Position numbers and translations under genes: made by a program
Part shown: positions 28,771 to 38,332 of the stretch, in pieces
Layout: each line of letters begins with the position of its first letter
Position numbering within the stretch: position 1 is the first letter of the stretch
The notes under the pieces: model-generated
The model's database searches: none
Told to the model about the DNA's origin: nothing
Seen by the model: only the letters and a program-made list of their open reading frames with translations
Assembly (NCBI RefSeq): GCF_963678865.1
Contig: NZ_OY787459.1
Location: 3,629,381-3,693,380, forward strand
Source: Maridesulfovibrio sp.
GTDB taxonomy: Bacteria; Desulfobacterota; Desulfovibrionia; Desulfovibrionales; Desulfovibrionaceae
DNA length: 64,000 nt
Reading direction: 5' to 3'

Positions 28771-30504
28771 TTGCCCAAAATATGGAAGCTGCGAAGCGAG
28801 GAAGAATTGCCTTCCTCTATCCCCGCTATTGCCGATGAACTAGGTATCACCGAACTTCTTGCGGAAATTCTTTGGCATCGCGGCTTTCAGAGCCGTGAGG
28901 ATATGAACCTTTTCCTCTCTCCGGGCTTACGTAACCTCTGCAAACCTACTGAAATTCCCGGTCTGGAATTGGCCGCCCAAGTAATTGCCGATGGTCTTGC
29001 CCAGGGGAAAAAAATGGCTGTCTGGGGCGATTATGATGTGGACGGGGTGACCTCAACCGCCGTAGTAAAAACTTTCCTTTCCGACCGTGGCTATAAATGC
29101 GGTCACTACCTGCCTAACCGTCTGGAGGAAGGCTACGGCCTTAATGTGGATGGTATCAAAAAACTTCACGGGCAGGGTATAGACCTGCTTTTGACTGTTG
29201 ACTGCGGGATTACCAACAATGCTGAAATTGCGGCTGCCAATGAGCTGGGCATGACCGTAGTTGTTTCCGACCACCACCTTCCCGGTGAAGAACTTCCCCC
29301 GGCTGCAGCCATCTGCAATCCCCGTCTTACAGAATATAACGGACAGACTTTTGAGGACTGCCCGTGTGCTGCTTTGGCAGGGGTGGGCGTGGCCTTCATG
29401 CTTATGGCGCAGGTTAACAGGCTGTTGCCCGGTGATCCGGTGGATGTACGTGCCTATCTGGATTTTGTGGCCCTTGGTACCATTGCCGATGTGGTGGAAC
29501 TGCAGGGCCAGAACCGTATTCTGGTTAAAAACGGCCTTCTCATGCTCAAGGAGGCCAAGCGTCCCGGACTTGCCGCTCTTAAGGTGGTCAGCGGATATGA
29601 TATGTTTGCTGCTATCGGTGCCGGACAGGTAGGCTTTGGGCTGGCTCCGCGTATCAACGCTTCGGGCAGGATGGGAGATCCCGGCCGGGCGCTCCAGCTT
29701 CTGATGGCTGAGGATATGGAAACCGCCCGTCCCATTGCCAAGGTGCTTGATGATTTGAATACCGAGCGCAGGGCCGAGGAAGACCGTATTCTGCAGGAAG
29801 CAATCGCGCAGGCCGAAGAGCATATCAAGCGTGACAACCGGGCCGGATTGGTCCTTTATTCCAAGAACTGGCATCCGGGCATTATCGGCATTGTGGCTTC
29901 CCGTGTGGTAGAAAGATTTTACCGTCCCACAGTTATGCTTTGTGAAGAGGACGGGATTGTTAAAGGTTCAGCCCGTTCCATCAAGGAATTTCATATCCAC
30001 GAAGGTTTGACCTCCATGTCTGAATTGTTTCTCAATTTCGGGGGCCATAAACTGGCTGCCGGCATGTCCTTCAAAGCCGACCTTCTTTCCGAATTCCGGG
30101 AAAGATTTGATCAGGCCGTAATCGATAAGATAGGTTCCGAACCGCTTAAGGCCTCGCTCAAGGTTGACCGTGAGTTGCCGCTGGAAAAGATTGATTACGT
30201 ACTGCTCAAGGAACTGGAACTCATGCAGCCTTTCGGCATGGGCAACCCGGAGCCTGTTTTCACAACTCCTCCAGTTGAAATTCTGGAACGCCGTCCCATG
30301 GGCAAGGCCCATGTCAAACTCACAGTCACTGATAAAGAAAAGACCCGCCGGATGCCTGCCAAGGCATGGCGCATGGCCGAAGAACTAGGGTCCGAACTTA
30401 TCGGGACCACTATGCGTTTCGCTTTTTCGCCAAAAATCGATAAGTTTAACGGCATCCCGACCATTGAACTTACTATTCGGGATTATACCCGAAGAAGGCA
30501 GTGA
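28771..30504 (+). CDS. recJ: single-stranded-DNA-specific exonuclease RecJ
   Basis: DHH motifs (GDYDVDGVTS, VDCG, VVSDHH) and a DHHA1 domain. TTG start with GGAG 6 nt upstream. Confidence 0.95.
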   Translation: MPKIWKLRSEEELPSSIPAIADELGITELLAEILWHRGFQSREDMNLFLSPGLRNLCKPTEIPGLELAAQVIADGLAQGKKMAVWGDYDVDGVTSTAVVKTFLSDRGYKCGHYLPNRLEEGYGLNVDGIKKLHGQGIDLLLTVDCGITNNAEIAAANELGMTVVVSDHHLPGEELPPAAAICNPRLTEYNGQTFEDCPCAALAGVGVAFMLMAQVNRLLPGDPVDVRAYLDFVALGTIADVVELQGQNRILVKNGLLMLKEAKRPGLAALKVVSGYDMFAAIGAGQVGFGLAPRINASGRMGDPGRALQLLMAEDMETARPIAKVLDDLNTERRAEEDRILQEAIAQAEEHIKRDNRAGLVLYSKNWHPGIIGIVASRVVERFYRPTVMLCEEDGIVKGSARSIKEFHIHEGLTSMSELFLNFGGHKLAAGMSFKADLLSEFRERFDQAVIDKIGSEPLKASLKVDRELPLEKIDYVLLKELELMQPFGMGNPEPVFTTPPVEILERRPMGKAHVKLTVTDKEKTRRMPAKAWRMAEELGSELIGTTMRFAFSPKIDKFNGIPTIELTIRDYTRRRQ

Positions 30505-30508
30505 AGTT

Positions 30509-30577
30509 GATGCGCTACGCGCGTTTTCGATTTGATTTAGCCCCCGGCGTCCAAAGGACCTAAGGCCCTTTGGAATA
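30509..30577. repeat. nested-palindrome intergenic element, copy E (left half)
   Basis: GATGCGCTACGCGC...GCCCCCGGCGTCC AAAGGACCTAAGGCCCTTTGGAATAC, between the convergent recJ and lipoprotein genes. Confidence 0.75.
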
Positions 30578-30597
30578 CATATCAGTGGGTTTGGTTT

Positions 30598-31428
30598 TTA
30601 ACTCAACCGTTCAATATCAATAAATTCAGTAGTAGCCGTATGGACTTTGAAACGGTGTCCGTTGATCTCGATCAGCGGAGTGCCCAGCGGAATTTCCATG
30701 GTCTGGCGGTTAACCACCTTGGGACGGCTGCCCCCTTCCAGATGGCGGATTTCAAAGAGGATGGTCATTCCTTTTTTGCCCAGAAACCTGATCACGTAGT
30801 GTTGCTCTGAATCGGGCAGGACGTTGGTTCTGACTACTTTTTTGAATCTTAGTTTTTTGGGGTTTGTTTCTGTCTGCACCTTTCTGAATACATTTTTTCT
30901 TTCTGTCGGGAGCAGTATTGTTTTGGAAAGAGTTCCGTCTTCATCCAGCGTACCGTAAAATGAATTCAGCAGAATTGCACCGCCGGTCTGGGGAGAGTCC
31001 ATGAACTCGTATGTTACATTGGAATAGCCGTTCAAGGTCAGGGGCGGGTTCTTATCCCTGGTCAGCAGCGTGATTTTGAAATCTCTCGTGCACTGCATTT
31101 TGGGCAGGGTGATAATCTCTTCATCATACTGCAGGAAGCGCAGAATGTCTGCTCCTGCGGGATAGGAAATTCGCGCTCCGGTATTCATGCTCTGGGAACG
31201 TACCTTACGTACCCTGCGTTGGTCCTGCCGGCGGAGCAGTTTTATATTCAGGCGGACCTCATTCCTGCCCAAGGGTGCTTTTTCCTTTGCTATCTTTGCC
31301 GGAAGGGGCGGAGCAGGGGGTATAATAAGTTTAGGCTGCTGTTTGCAGCCTCCCAGCATGCACACCAATCCGAGAATGAGGATAGGGAGCAGGCGTTGAA
31401 TTTTATGATCCGAAATTATCCAATGCAT
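30598..31428 (-). CDS. hypothetical lipoprotein (last gene of the ATP-grasp/transglutaminase operon)
   Basis: Signal peptide plus lipobox LGGCK. 276 aa. Its ATG at 31428 overlaps the end of the upstream ATP-grasp gene by 26 nt. No family recognised. Confidence 0.68.
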   Translation of the reverse strand: MHWIISDHKIQRLLPILILGLVCMLGGCKQQPKLIIPPAPPLPAKIAKEKAPLGRNEVRLNIKLLRRQDQRRVRKVRSQSMNTGARISYPAGADILRFLQYDEEIITLPKMQCTRDFKITLLTRDKNPPLTLNGYSNVTYEFMDSPQTGGAILLNSFYGTLDEDGTLSKTILLPTERKNVFRKVQTETNPKKLRFKKVVRTNVLPDSEQHYVIRFLGKKGMTILFEIRHLEGGSRPKVVNRQTMEIPLGTPLIEINGHRFKVHTATTEFIDIERLS

Positions 31429-32341
31429 ATTTAATCCGTTGAGTTTCAGTGTGCAGGTCCTTATGAACTCGGTCTATTTCATTCAGCCTGTGTTGCAGGC
31501 CACACTTATTTGCAACCTGAATAGCCAGCCCCGGACGGGCATTGAGTTCAAGGATCAGTGGCCCCAGATTTTTGTCCAGCACAATATCTACGCCGAGATA
31601 GCCAAGACCGGTGACGCTGTAGCCCAGTGCGGCCTGCTTGAGCAGTTCCGGCCAGTCCGGGATGGCAACTCCGGCAATGGGATGCAGGGTGTCAGGATGA
31701 TGGGTGCAGTTGTCGTTTTTCCAGACAGCGCTTGTGGTCATACCTGTACGCATGTCTATTCCACAGCCCATGGCACCCTGATGCAGGTTGGCCTTGCCGT
31801 CTGATTCCCGCGTGGGCAGGCGGAGCATAGCCATGGCCGGGACGCCCTTGTAGACGATGATACGTATATCCGGGACTCCTTGATAAGCGATGTCTTTGAA
31901 GACGGGGGCGAACTGCACGCAGTATTCGACCATAGCTTTGTCCGGCATGCCGCCGAGGCTGTACATTCCGCTGAGTATGTTTGAAATATGGAATGAAATG
32001 ATATCTTCTGCGACAAGAGAATCATCTGGTTTGCGAAAGCGCGGGCCTAGCTTTCCGGTAATGACCAGAATACCGTTTCCTCCGGCTCCACGTGCAGGCT
32101 TGACCACAAACGAATCGTATTTTTCCAGCAGCTGGGGAAGTCTTTTCAGCTCGTGCTGGGCCTGGAATACACCGTAAAGCTCCGGCACATTCAGTCCTGC
32201 GGCCAGAGTCAATTCCTTGGTCGTGATCTTGTCATCTACCAGCGGGTAGAGCCTGCGCGGGTTATTGGGCAGCACGTATGCGCCGTTACGGGCATTGAGA
32301 CCCATGACCCCGAATTTTTTTAGTTTACCGAACCAGCCCAT
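31403..32341 (-). CDS. alpha-L-glutamate ligase-like (RimK-related) ATP-grasp protein
   Basis: MGWFGKLKKFGVMGLNARN...FVVKPARGAGGNGILV...LELNARPGL matches the RimK-related ligase family that accompanies 7TM-transglutaminase proteins. Confidence 0.88.
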   Translation of the reverse strand: MGWFGKLKKFGVMGLNARNGAYVLPNNPRRLYPLVDDKITTKELTLAAGLNVPELYGVFQAQHELKRLPQLLEKYDSFVVKPARGAGGNGILVITGKLGPRFRKPDDSLVAEDIISFHISNILSGMYSLGGMPDKAMVEYCVQFAPVFKDIAYQGVPDIRIIVYKGVPAMAMLRLPTRESDGKANLHQGAMGCGIDMRTGMTTSAVWKNDNCTHHPDTLHPIAGVAIPDWPELLKQAALGYSVTGLGYLGVDIVLDKNLGPLILELNARPGLAIQVANKCGLQHRLNEIDRVHKDLHTETQRIKYALDNFGS

Positions 32342-32342
32342 T

Positions 32343-33908
32343 TTACCCCTCCTTGAGGAAAGCCCGGAAACGGATCAGGTCGAGCAGCCGGAATCCTGTA
32401 TAGCGCCCGATCATCAGAGTCAAGCCTAGCAGTACTAGAAACAGTTCAGGGAATACGAAAATAAGGTGCTCGATAAACAGGTTGCTCATGGCGATGTAGG
32501 CCAGCACAGCCACAGCCATTGAGCCGATACATTGCTGGATTGCTTTCCATGCCCCGAGTTCATCCCACATGATGGAGATACGTTCAATGGTCATGCTTAA
32601 AATTACCATGGGAAACAGGCTGACCGAGACTCCGCGAGGAAAACCCAGTTTGAAACTGATGATACTGATTCCGGCCATGAGCAGCACAACAACGATCAGC
32701 ACACAGGCCAGGCGGGGGACCAGCAGCAGTTTCAGGTGTTCCAGATATAAGCGCACTGCCAGCCCGAGGATGATGACAATGGAAAAAAGACACAGCCCCC
32801 AGAGCAGCTGAGTTTCGCGGAAAGACAGGGCGATAAGTACTGGCATGAATGTACCGAAGGTGGTGATGCCGATCACGTTGCGTAGAAAGACCAGCAGCAG
32901 TACGCCGATGGGAATCAGCAGAATGACCCGGTATGTTGCCTGTGCCTGCACCGGAAGGTTGAACAGGGAAAATTCCAGTATAGTCGGTGCGGTGACGGCA
33001 AGACGGTCAACCACATTTCCCAGTGAGCTGACTGTTGCCGGAACAACTGAAAGGGTAACATTCAGGTTGTTTCCTCCGCTTACTGTTGCCAGAGGAGCGT
33101 TGCCGCGCCACCATGTTACAAAGTTCACCGGGGTGCCGAAAGTTCCTTTGGTCACGTCAAACATGTGCCATGTTTCGTTGTGGTAAAGCTCCAACCAGTG
33201 TTTGATTATCGCGTTGTTTGAGGTGGTAAGGGTTATGCCGTGTACGGACTGGGCCGGAATTCCGGAAAAGTGCAGCAGGCGAACAGCCATGTTCACCGCC
33301 CCCAATGTATTCTTGTTGTCTCGCAGCAGGTATGCTGCATCCTGATTTTGTGACGGCGACATAAGCCGGTTCATGAGTTGGGGGACAAAAGTTTCTATGT
33401 CTGCTGATTCACTTCCCACCTCAGTGATCAGCGAGTTGGCGGCAACCTGTTCCGCTTCAGTAAATTGCGGGTCTCGCAGTCTGGGGATTTCTGTGGGATG
33501 AACCCAGCTTTTTTCTTTGTTGCCCTGTTCCGGCCTCAGGCGGGCGGAATAGAACAGGTCCTGTTTGCCTTTGGCAGAACGTCTGGACCAGATTGCGACG
33601 ATATTATCTGAGTTACGGTTCTGCTGTGTTGTACCGTCTGCGGACTGCAGTACATGCAGCAAACCGTAGTCGTCACCGATGTAATATTCGTCGGTGACAA
33701 TGAATTTCGGCAGGCGGTTCAGGGTTTGCAGACTGACTTTGACCGGACTGCCCGTGGCTTCAAAAGAAACATGGGCTTCCACGTTCCATATTTCAGTCTG
33801 CTCTTCCGCCGTTAGGGGGAATCCGAGCACAAAGGCTTTATAACTGAATATGCCAAGCCCTACGCAGAGGAGTATGGCTACAAGTATTTTTAGCTGAATG
33901 GAATTCAT
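32343..33908 (-). CDS. inactive-transglutaminase-like domain fused to a 7TM module
   Basis: 521 aa: one N-terminal TM helix, a ~300-aa extracytoplasmic domain, then about 7 hydrophobic helices. Its stop lies 1 nt from the ATP-grasp start. This gene triad is a conserved association. Confidence 0.78.
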   Translation of the reverse strand: MNSIQLKILVAILLCVGLGIFSYKAFVLGFPLTAEEQTEIWNVEAHVSFEATGSPVKVSLQTLNRLPKFIVTDEYYIGDDYGLLHVLQSADGTTQQNRNSDNIVAIWSRRSAKGKQDLFYSARLRPEQGNKEKSWVHPTEIPRLRDPQFTEAEQVAANSLITEVGSESADIETFVPQLMNRLMSPSQNQDAAYLLRDNKNTLGAVNMAVRLLHFSGIPAQSVHGITLTTSNNAIIKHWLELYHNETWHMFDVTKGTFGTPVNFVTWWRGNAPLATVSGGNNLNVTLSVVPATVSSLGNVVDRLAVTAPTILEFSLFNLPVQAQATYRVILLIPIGVLLLVFLRNVIGITTFGTFMPVLIALSFRETQLLWGLCLFSIVIILGLAVRLYLEHLKLLLVPRLACVLIVVVLLMAGISIISFKLGFPRGVSVSLFPMVILSMTIERISIMWDELGAWKAIQQCIGSMAVAVLAYIAMSNLFIEHLIFVFPELFLVLLGLTLMIGRYTGFRLLDLIRFRAFLKEG

Positions 33909-33954
33909 GACAAGACTCCCGGAATAAACCGGTTTTTATAACTACTGTAATTTA

Positions 33955-34485
33955 TTATTGGTCTGAAGTGCTGAGTCGGTGGTGGCGTGAAGAGTCAATA
34001 AGAATGCCATGACGTAATTCTTTTCTACCGATGAGCATTTTGTATGAAAAATTGGTCCGGTCGGTCAGGTTGACAAGGGCTTCTAATTTTTGGGGTCCGA
34101 TCTGGAGCTGAACCGGTATAACAGGCCTGCGCTGGTAGCCGTAAGGCCGTTTTTTGATACGGACTATACGGGCATAGGGGCAGGTTATACGCTGGGTTTT
34201 GCCGTGCTGGTCCGTGAGGGTAAAAGAAACCTTTTTGTTGTTTTTATTGATGACAATATCAGTGGCATGCAGTGAAGAACTGTCCGCCCCGGTATCCATT
34301 TTGGCTTCCATGGTGATGGGGGTTTCACGGTCCCATATTTTGATGGAAACATTTTCAATGTATCCGGCAACCACAGGCTGGTTTTGAGGTGTTATTTTCG
34401 GGGAGGCATCCTTTGCTGCGGCTACGCAGGAAGTGCCTGCTGTCAGGCTGATCAAGAGCAGAATTGATATGAAGATGGGGCGCAT
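33955..34485 (-). CDS. retropepsin-like aspartic protease (annotated in databases as 'putative ATP-dependent zinc protease')
   Basis: Signal peptide, then GYIENVSI...MEAKMDTGADSSSLHA, which contains the DTGA aspartyl-protease motif. 176 aa. Confidence 0.78.
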   Translation of the reverse strand: MRPIFISILLLISLTAGTSCVAAAKDASPKITPQNQPVVAGYIENVSIKIWDRETPITMEAKMDTGADSSSLHATDIVINKNNKKVSFTLTDQHGKTQRITCPYARIVRIKKRPYGYQRRPVIPVQLQIGPQKLEALVNLTDRTNFSYKMLIGRKELRHGILIDSSRHHRLSTSDQ

Positions 34486-34693
34486 CGTAATCCTCTGATC
34501 GGCACGGAATCACGTGGCATAAACGGGATTCAGGCAGATTTTGTTCTCAATTTATAGTAAAAAAATTAATAAAAAACCAAACCGACCCCGGCAAATCTCT
34601 GCAACAATAAATAGGAAAGGTCAAGGGTACCCATAGATATTTAATTGTTGTTGACATTTGATTTTTGAATTTGTATTTCTCTTTTTAATAAAA

Positions 34694-34710
34694 ATGAAAA
34701 TCATTTTCAT
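34694..34710. promoter_or_regulatory. Fur-box-like operator
   Basis: ATGAAAATCATTTTCAT is a perfect 8-1-8 palindrome. With its flanks, AATGAAAATCATTTTC matches 14 of 16 positions of the Fur core AATGATAATCATTATC. It ends 20 nt before the DUF4198 start. Confidence 0.6.
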
Positions 34711-34730
34711 AATCAATAAGGAGAATGTTA

Positions 34731-35447
34731 ATGAAAAAAATTGTTCTAGCAATGGCATTTGTCCTGGCATTTACCTCAGTTTGCTCTGCCCACGACATGT
34801 GGCTGGAGAAAAAAGGTCGCAAGGCCCATCTCATGTACGGGCATCCCGGTTCAACGGACTCTTATCCCATAAGCCGTATTACAGCTATGACCGGTATAAA
34901 TGAAAATAATTGGAAAACAGCCTTGGAGCCTGTTTACAACAAGGGGGCTGCCTATGCATGGCTCGATGACGCATACACAATGCTGACTGTCGAGTTTGAC
35001 AACAAGTACTGGTATCACACGGAAGAGGGTGGATGGCAGAATTTTGAATTTCCAAGACAGGTTTGCGGAAAAATTCTTGATGAAGGCCGTTCCTACAAGC
35101 TTTCAAAAACAATTCTCGAGTGGAAACCAGAGATGTCGAAACCCATCGGACAGCGCGCTGAAATAGTACCCCTCAAAGATCCAAGCAAGCTTAAAGAAGG
35201 AGATCTCCTTCCGGTTATGATGTTCTATGAAGGCAAGCCCATGCCCGCAGCCGGTGCCCGCATCTCCACAACATCCGACCGCACGGTTGAGCATCCTGAA
35301 CTGGTCAATCTTAAAAATTCAAAACCTGTAAATGTAAAGATCGGACCAGCCGGGCGCCAGATTATTATTGGTAAATATGAAAAGCGTCTCGATGATACCC
35401 ATCGTGTCTGGTACGCATTTTCCCTTACTTTCAGGACCGGCAAGTAG
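34731..35447 (+). CDS. DUF4198-like periplasmic metal-uptake protein
   Basis: Signal peptide ending CSAHDMWL; mature DUF4198 proteins start with AHxxW. The ATG at 34731 has AAGGAGA 6 nt upstream, and a Fur-box-like palindrome lies just before it. Confidence 0.72.
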   Translation: MKKIVLAMAFVLAFTSVCSAHDMWLEKKGRKAHLMYGHPGSTDSYPISRITAMTGINENNWKTALEPVYNKGAAYAWLDDAYTMLTVEFDNKYWYHTEEGGWQNFEFPRQVCGKILDEGRSYKLSKTILEWKPEMSKPIGQRAEIVPLKDPSKLKEGDLLPVMMFYEGKPMPAAGARISTTSDRTVEHPELVNLKNSKPVNVKIGPAGRQIIIGKYEKRLDDTHRVWYAFSLTFRTGK

Positions 35448-35575
35448 CACTTTTCCCGGTTCGCGCCGTCGATTGATTGCCTCCCCCGAATCTGATTCGG
35501 GGGAGGACTTTCTGTGGGTATTCAAATTTTATATTACAACTGTCTTGTAAGGGCTTACCTGTTTCAGCGCAGATT

Positions 35576-38305
35576 TCATGAATCTGTTTTGGAATTGCCT
35601 CCAATGGGCAGCTTGATAATGAAAGTTGTTCCTTGTCCTTCTTCCGATTCAATGTCGATGGTTCCGCCGTGTTTTTCGATAATGATGTCGTGGACTATAG
35701 CCAATCCCTGACCTGTTCCTTTGCCCACCTCCTTGGTGGTAAAGAATGGATCGAATATTTTATTCATGTTTTCTTTTGAAATTCCGCAGCCGGTATCTTT
35801 AATGATTATTTTTGCGAAAGGCGGTTCAAGTTGCGTGCTAACGGAGATTGTGCCTTTTTCGTTTTTATGCGTGTGTTCGGCGATGGCGTGGGCTGCGTTT
35901 ACAATTACGTTCAGCAGCACTTGATTAATAGCTCCGGGCAGGCAGTAAACATAAGGCAGTTCCGGTTCAAGGTCGGTTTCAAGATCTGCGGCATATTTCC
36001 ATTCGTTGCGGGAAACTTCAATGGTATTCTTGATAGCTTTGTTGATGTCTACAGCTTTGGCTTTTTCTTCTCCGGAGTGGGAAAAGTTTTTCATGGCCAG
36101 AACAATTGTAGCCACTCGTTTAACTCCTTCAAGAGCCCGGTCACAGGCCTTGATGGATTCAGCTCCTATGAATTCAAGGTCGATATCTTCTTTGTGCTCT
36201 TCAATTTCTTCAAGAATTTCCTTTCGTCCATCTGCAGATTTTTCGTTTATATACTTTTCATATATTTCAATGAGTTCCGTTATGTCGCTGTATGCTTCTT
36301 TAACAAAGCGAATGCTGTCGCCGACATACTGGATGGGAGTGTTTATTTCATGGGCAATCCCGGAGGCCAGCAGGCCGATTGATTCCAGTTTCTGCGCTAT
36401 GCTCAGCTTTCTTTCAAGGTGTTTGCGTTCCGTAATGTCAAACACAACCTGTACCAGATGGGTCATGCCTCCGATATGAATTTCAAATAGATGGCGTGAT
36501 ACAGGAAGTGTGGATCCATCCTGCATGGTCAGGAGACCTTCTTCGTAAGAACCCTGTTCGTGCCAGTTGGGGCAAAGCAGGTCCTTTTCTCTGTTTGAGG
36601 TAAAGGTGAACTTGCTCTGGCAGGTACCATCGAGGATAGCATTACGGCTCAGGCCCAGAAGCTTTTCACCTACGCAGTTACAATCAACCATGAGGCCTTT
36701 TGTGGGGTCGAAAACGAATACCGCCGCACCGATGCCTTCAAATATGGTTCCAAGAAATTCCTGATGCTCCGCCTGTTGGATGAGTATTTTTTTCTGTTCC
36801 GAAATATCATGAACATTCGCCAGAATAACAATTTTTCCGTCCAGTTCTATTCGGTTTAAGGCCACTTCCACATCAAATTCCTGACCGTCACCGGGGCGTC
36901 TGGTTGTCCAGTCAAAAACAACTTCCTTTCCACCTGTAGTCAGCTGCCATTGGGTGTCCAGAATATCCAGATCCATGCTCGGAGCTGAAAAATCATCTTT
37001 GAAGGACATCTGGATGGCTGATCTCATATCAACTTGATATGTTTCAAGCATAGTGTCATTCACATCCTGTATCCGTCCTTTTGTGTCGTGGATGAATATG
37101 GAGTCGTGAGTGTTGTTGAAGATCATCCTCATGGCTTCTTCTGCTTTATGCCGTACCTGTACTTCGCGGGTTAAGGCCTCCGTGCGTTCTTTCAGGTCAG
37201 TCGTTCTCTGCTGCACTCTTGTTTCCAGCTCGTCATTGATCTGCATGAGGGCTTTTTCAGCGCGGCTGCGTGCTTCAATTTCATTTATCAGCTGATTGTT
37301 TTGCAATTTTATCTTTTGTGCCTGTTTTGCAGATTCATACACCATGATGTTAAGGTCAAGGTTGCGCGAATTGGTTCTAATAACGAAAAGACCTCCACCT
37401 AGAAGCAGTAAGGCCAGCAGGAGTATGAATATAAGTAGATTGAGTGGAGAAACAGCCCCTAATAGTTCTTTTTCGAGAGTTACTGTCAATAAATAGAATG
37501 GAGTCCCTTTTATTTGTGACCGAATAATCAGATTGTTGGTTTTCCCTTCCTCATCAGAAAGTTGCAGAGACAACTTGTATATTTTGTTGGATTGTGGCGG
37601 CCAGCCCTCAGCTATTTTTTGGGAAATTGCATGGGGGATATCATATAATGGTGAAAATATCTGCCTATCGTGAATCAGGTAAATCAGGCCATGGAAGTTT
37701 TTGGGTTCTGCCAGCGACATGAAGGGCATCACTGCCTTGGAATTCAAGCATGCCATAATGGTTCCGATTTGTTTGTTTCTGAATGTATAAGGAGTTACCA
37801 GAATGAAATGTTTTTCACCATCCTTGCTTTTGAATAGAATACGGACTTCTCCGGGCTGAAGATTTTCTGGTATTTTTATCAAACAGCTTTCGTCTTTGAA
37901 AACCGGGCCGTTGTTATCAGCGAGAATTTTTCCAGATTCAGTAACAAATGCTATGCGTGAGTATAACGGAATAGATTCAATTTGTTTGATTTCTTCTCTG
38001 CGTTTGAAAAGTTTGGAGATTTGTATGATATTGGCCTGCGTCCCGCCTGCTCCGGACATGCCCATGGCTTTGTTTTCAAAGTAATTTAAAAGTTCGTTGC
38101 TGGACGATATTTCAAGGAGGTCATTTTTTCTTTCGGAAAAGAAATGGCTGAATGAATCAGCTTCCCGTTTAGAGAATTCGCTGATGTGCTTAAGCGATGC
38201 TTCCCGCAATTTCATCTGCGAACTGTAGTTAATCCAGACAATTGATATAACGAAAATAAATATCAGACCAAGGGATGTCGGTATTGCTTTATTACTTTTT
38301 AACAA
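35576..38305 (-). CDS. sensor histidine kinase (extracytoplasmic sensor, coiled coil, two PAS domains, HisKA, HATPase)
   Basis: 909 aa with two TM segments. The H-box is LASGIAHEINTPIQYV, and the N and G boxes are NVIVNAAHAI, DTGCGI and GKGTGQGL. TTG start with a GAGGA RBS. Confidence 0.9.
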   Translation of the reverse strand: MLKSNKAIPTSLGLIFIFVISIVWINYSSQMKLREASLKHISEFSKREADSFSHFFSERKNDLLEISSSNELLNYFENKAMGMSGAGGTQANIIQISKLFKRREEIKQIESIPLYSRIAFVTESGKILADNNGPVFKDESCLIKIPENLQPGEVRILFKSKDGEKHFILVTPYTFRNKQIGTIMACLNSKAVMPFMSLAEPKNFHGLIYLIHDRQIFSPLYDIPHAISQKIAEGWPPQSNKIYKLSLQLSDEEGKTNNLIIRSQIKGTPFYLLTVTLEKELLGAVSPLNLLIFILLLALLLLGGGLFVIRTNSRNLDLNIMVYESAKQAQKIKLQNNQLINEIEARSRAEKALMQINDELETRVQQRTTDLKERTEALTREVQVRHKAEEAMRMIFNNTHDSIFIHDTKGRIQDVNDTMLETYQVDMRSAIQMSFKDDFSAPSMDLDILDTQWQLTTGGKEVVFDWTTRRPGDGQEFDVEVALNRIELDGKIVILANVHDISEQKKILIQQAEHQEFLGTIFEGIGAAVFVFDPTKGLMVDCNCVGEKLLGLSRNAILDGTCQSKFTFTSNREKDLLCPNWHEQGSYEEGLLTMQDGSTLPVSRHLFEIHIGGMTHLVQVVFDITERKHLERKLSIAQKLESIGLLASGIAHEINTPIQYVGDSIRFVKEAYSDITELIEIYEKYINEKSADGRKEILEEIEEHKEDIDLEFIGAESIKACDRALEGVKRVATIVLAMKNFSHSGEEKAKAVDINKAIKNTIEVSRNEWKYAADLETDLEPELPYVYCLPGAINQVLLNVIVNAAHAIAEHTHKNEKGTISVSTQLEPPFAKIIIKDTGCGISKENMNKIFDPFFTTKEVGKGTGQGLAIVHDIIIEKHGGTIDIESEEGQGTTFIIKLPIGGNSKTDS

Positions 38306-38332
38306 GTGACTTTCCTCTTTATCGGTACTGGA

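Noticed and set aside
29053-29874. 273-aa minus-strand ORF
   Set aside because: Antisense to recJ, whose DHH motifs are clear on the plus strand.
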